Assembly (NCBI RefSeq): GCF_006345805.1
Contig: NW_021826549.1
Coordinates: 1-12,608 of the forward strand
DNA from: Octopus sinensis
Lineage: Eukaryota
Length of the DNA: 12,608 nucleotides
Direction of reading: 5' to 3'
Part shown: in pieces, positions 9,993 to 12,608 of the stretch
Layout of the letters: each line of letters opens with the position of its first letter
Numbering within the stretch: position 1 is the stretch's first letter
Program-made: the position numbers and the translations under genes
The notes under the pieces: generated by a model
The model's database searches: none
Told to the model about the DNA's origin: nothing
The model's input: only the letters and a program-made list of their open reading frames with translations

Positions 9993-10500
9993 GAGTATTT
10001 CTTTTCCTCAACAGACCCTGCCCTGTTTGACGTTGTCCCAAAACTGATCAAAGAGGAAAAGGATACCATCACCTTTAAACGGAGTCTGGAGACATTTCTT
10101 CAAGGAATACCAGATAAGCCAACGATACCTGGATAGAACTCACTCAACAAGAACTCGCTACTTGAATGGACCATAATGCCACAAAACTTGACTTTGCCGT
10201 CCAAGAATTTGGACCTGGAGATCTCCATTTCCAGCGACTTCGAGGGCCACCTCTCAGTGGTGTCGGGCGTCAACGAAGAGCCCTCGACTACAACAAGACG
10301 ACCAAAGTTTTTTTTTTTTCCAAGGTCTGGGGTCTCCCGCCCCTAAGCACTAGACCATCACCTAATCATCCTTACCCGTCTTGTTGCTTAACAACAACGA
10401 AAAAAACTTGACTTTAAAGGGCTTTAGATAATCCTATCAGGTGGTGCTATTAAGTTACACATGACCTGGACAAATCGAAACATGTCTAAGTTTCTCTAAG
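9993..10500 (+). mobile_element. 5'-truncated CR1/L2-group LINE 3' end (ORF2 C-terminus plus 3' UTR)
   Basis: From 9993 the frame reads EYFFSSTDPALFDVVPKLIKEEKDTITFKRSLETFLQGIPDKPTIPG*NSLNKNSLLEW. This follows the GPxLFNxLP...FKxxLDxFLxxIPDxP...NSL pattern of CR1-group ORF2 ends. It terminates in a repeated ctaag unit (10486-10500). The UTR extent is inferred. Confidence 0.75.
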
Positions 10501-10642
10501 TGTCGACTGCGATATCTATACAATGGATGTATGATGATATATATGTTATGAAGTGAACACTTTTCGAGTTTAGTCTATCTATCCTAGGTGAGAGTAATTT
10601 GGAAATTTCAGGTGTCCTCATTTGGTTGTTGTAACATTGGTT

Positions 10643-10864
10643 TCAACCGCGAGCTGGCAGAATCGTTACCGCGCTGGACGAAATACTTAGCGGTGTTTCG
10701 TCTGTCTTTACGTTCTAAGTTCAAACTCCACCGAGGTCGGCTTTGACTTTCATCCTTTCGGGATCGATAAATTAAGTACCAGTTGCGTACTAGGGTCGAT
10801 CTAATCGAGTGGTTCCCCCTCCCCCAAAATTTCGGGCTTTGTACCTAGAGTATAAAAGATTATT
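10643..10864 (+). mobile_element. tRNA-related SINE, family F (central domain possibly Deu/Nin-like), copy 1 of tandem pair
   Basis: A-box-like tggcagaatcgtta, B-box-like aagttcaaactcc, central ctttgactttcatcctttcgggatcgataaattaagtacc, and end gattatt. Confidence 0.85.
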
Positions 10865-10872
10865 TGTATCTA

Positions 10873-11096
10873 TTCAAGGCGGCGAACTAGCAGAACTTTT
10901 ACCGCGCTGGACGAAATGCTTAGCGGTATTTCGCCCGCCGCTACGTTTTCAGTTTAAATTTCACCGAGGTTGACTTTGCCTTTCATCCTTTCAGGACCGA
11001 TAAATTAAGTACCAGTTGCGTAACTGAGGTTGATCTAATCGACTGCCCCCACCCCCTCAAATTTCAGGCATTGTGTCTATAGTAGAAAGGATTATT
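10873..11096 (+). mobile_element. Family F SINE, copy 2 of tandem pair
   Basis: It is colinear with 10643-10864 and starts about 8 bp after it ends. Confidence 0.85.
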
Positions 11097-11171
11097 TTTA
11101 TCAATTTAATATAGATTCATTTTTCTTTTACTTTTCATCAAATACATTATATTTTAAATATATACATATAC

Positions 11172-11214
11172 ATGTGTGTGTGTGTGCGTGTGTGTGTGTG
11201 TGCGTGTGTGTGTG
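11172..11214. repeat. (TG)n microsatellite
   Basis: Directly visible. Confidence 0.95.
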
Positions 11215-11516
11215 TTTATAGTTAAAGTAGTTTGATTCAGCCCCATGTGACTTAAAGTTTCGCAGGCTTCTAACTGAAAGCTGCCTCGTTGAGGCTCGGC
11301 TTACCGAATGGAGGAACACAGGATGTCCAAGATAACTGTTGGAGTATGGGCTTCAATAGGTCAAGGAAGGTCAGAGGATAGATGAGATAGGAAGCTTCAG
11401 CCTCACCAGATGCGCGCGTTCATGCATGCGTGCGTGTGTGTGTGTGTGGTGGGTATGTGTGTGAGTGTGTTATTATTTAACACAGTTTGATTCGGCTCCA
11501 TCTGTATGCACATGTA

Positions 11517-12230
11517 TTCTTTTGAATTGTGTCATTCATTAGTCAACGGCCATACTGGAGTATCTTCGTGAAGGGTTTTGTCGAACAGATCGCCCCTAAT
11601 ACTTATTTTTCAAGTCTGGCATTTATTCCATCGATCTTTCTTGTCAAGCTGCTATATTACGGGTGCGTACACAAACCACCCTCCATTGTCAAATGGTCAT
11701 TGATGAGTACAAACACAAGCGCAAAGAGCTACACAGACACACACCCACACACATTGATACACACATGCATATATACATACATGCATGCATACATACATAC
11801 ATAATACATACATACATACACAACGAATACATACATCATACATACACTATACATACATACATACATACATTACATACAAACATACATACCATACATACAT
11901 ACAAACACAAACATACATACATACCATACACCACATACATACATACATACATACATACATACACACACAACATACATACATACATACATACATACATACA
12001 CATACATACATACATACATACATACATGCATACATACATACATACATACATACATACACACATATACATATATAACAGTCCTCTACACAGTTTCTGTTTC
12101 TCAAATACTCCCATGAGGCATTGCTTGACCCAAGGCCATAAGGGAGAACAATTTGACAACCTACCGCGCAGCGGGAATGAACGCGAGACCGAATAGTTTG
12201 TAGGCGAGCTTCTTAACCATACGACCATGC
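11517..12230 (-). mobile_element. Old, strongly diverged family A-related SINE with linker expanded into a long (TACA)n tract
   Basis: 11530-11730 (ggccatactggagtat...ttgtcgaacagatcgcccctaatacttatt...ttgtcaaatg) parallels the minus-strand 3' half at 5650-5830. 12076-12230 on the minus strand (tggtcgtatggttaagaagctcgc...gcgttcattcccgctgcgcgg...gaaactg) parallels the family A head. Confidence 0.7.
11735..12075. repeat. (ACAT)n / (AC)n microsatellite inside the old SINE
   Basis: Directly visible; it explains the HTYI/MYVC ORFs. Confidence 0.96.
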
Positions 12231-12269
12231 ATGTCAATGCCTGTATATACATATATACATACATATACC

Positions 12270-12421
12270 TGGCTGTGCGTAAGAAGCTTGTCTACCAACC
12301 ACATGGTTCTGAGTTCAGTCCCACTGCATGGCACCATGGGTAAGTGTCTTTTACCATAGCCACGGGCCGACCAAAGCCTTTTGAGTGGATTTGGTAGACG
12401 GAAACTGAAAGAAGCCGGTCG
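12270..12421 (+). mobile_element. Family A SINE, 5' half only within the window
   Basis: tggctgtgcgtaagaagcttg...gagttcagtccc...ggtagacggaaactgaaagaagccggtcg is followed by a TA-rich tract (12422-12540) and then unrelated sequence. Confidence 0.9.
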
Positions 12422-12608
12422 TATATATATATATAATATAATATAATGTAATATAATATAATATAATATAAATAATACATATATGCATATATACATACGT
12501 TTACGCAAATACTTACATGTATACGTATATACATACGCATATGGGGCACAGGACGTCACAAAACATAAACAACAAAACATACGAAGTACGAGGACATGGA
12601 ATAAGGAC

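Noticed and set aside
9998-10136. Strong-looking splice acceptor tttcttttcctcaacag (AG 10013-10014) followed by an open frame
   Set aside because: The peptide on both sides of the AG fits a CR1-group ORF2 end, and no donor is evident; exonisation cannot be shown without RNA data.
4846-11096. All four family F copies lie on the + strand
   Set aside because: Four of four in the same orientation is expected one time in eight by chance.
11221-11410. Minus-strand open stretch with a possible donor cg/gtaagc
   Set aside because: There is no convincing acceptor and no recognisable protein similarity.

Overview
This is AT-rich eukaryotic non-coding DNA (intergenic or intronic) made almost entirely of retroposon relics and microsatellites. 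From memory, the SINE sequences look like the high-copy SINEs of Octopus (coleoid cephalopod); that is an inference, not a database result. I find no intact protein-coding gene, structural RNA gene or CRISPR array, and nearly all ORF-track entries are microsatellite or SINE read-throughs. Three decayed LINE 3' fragments from different clades are present: Tx1/L1-like (1-775, +), RTE/Rex3-like (1468-2550, -) and CR1/L2-group (9993-10500, +). About 12 tRNA-derived SINE copies fall into roughly five families, two of them bounded by visible target-site duplications. Nesting includes a SINE inside the RTE LINE and a SINE inside the internal (TA)n linker of another SINE. The most noteworthy observations concern repeat biology: a bipartite SINE whose internal microsatellite expands and captures insertions, a possible SINE-LINE 3'-end partnership, a possibly microsatellite-targeted Tx1, and inverted SINE pairs that could form dsRNA. 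One non-repeat stretch carries a palindromic CCAAT cluster. I see no evidence of a novel multi-gene system.
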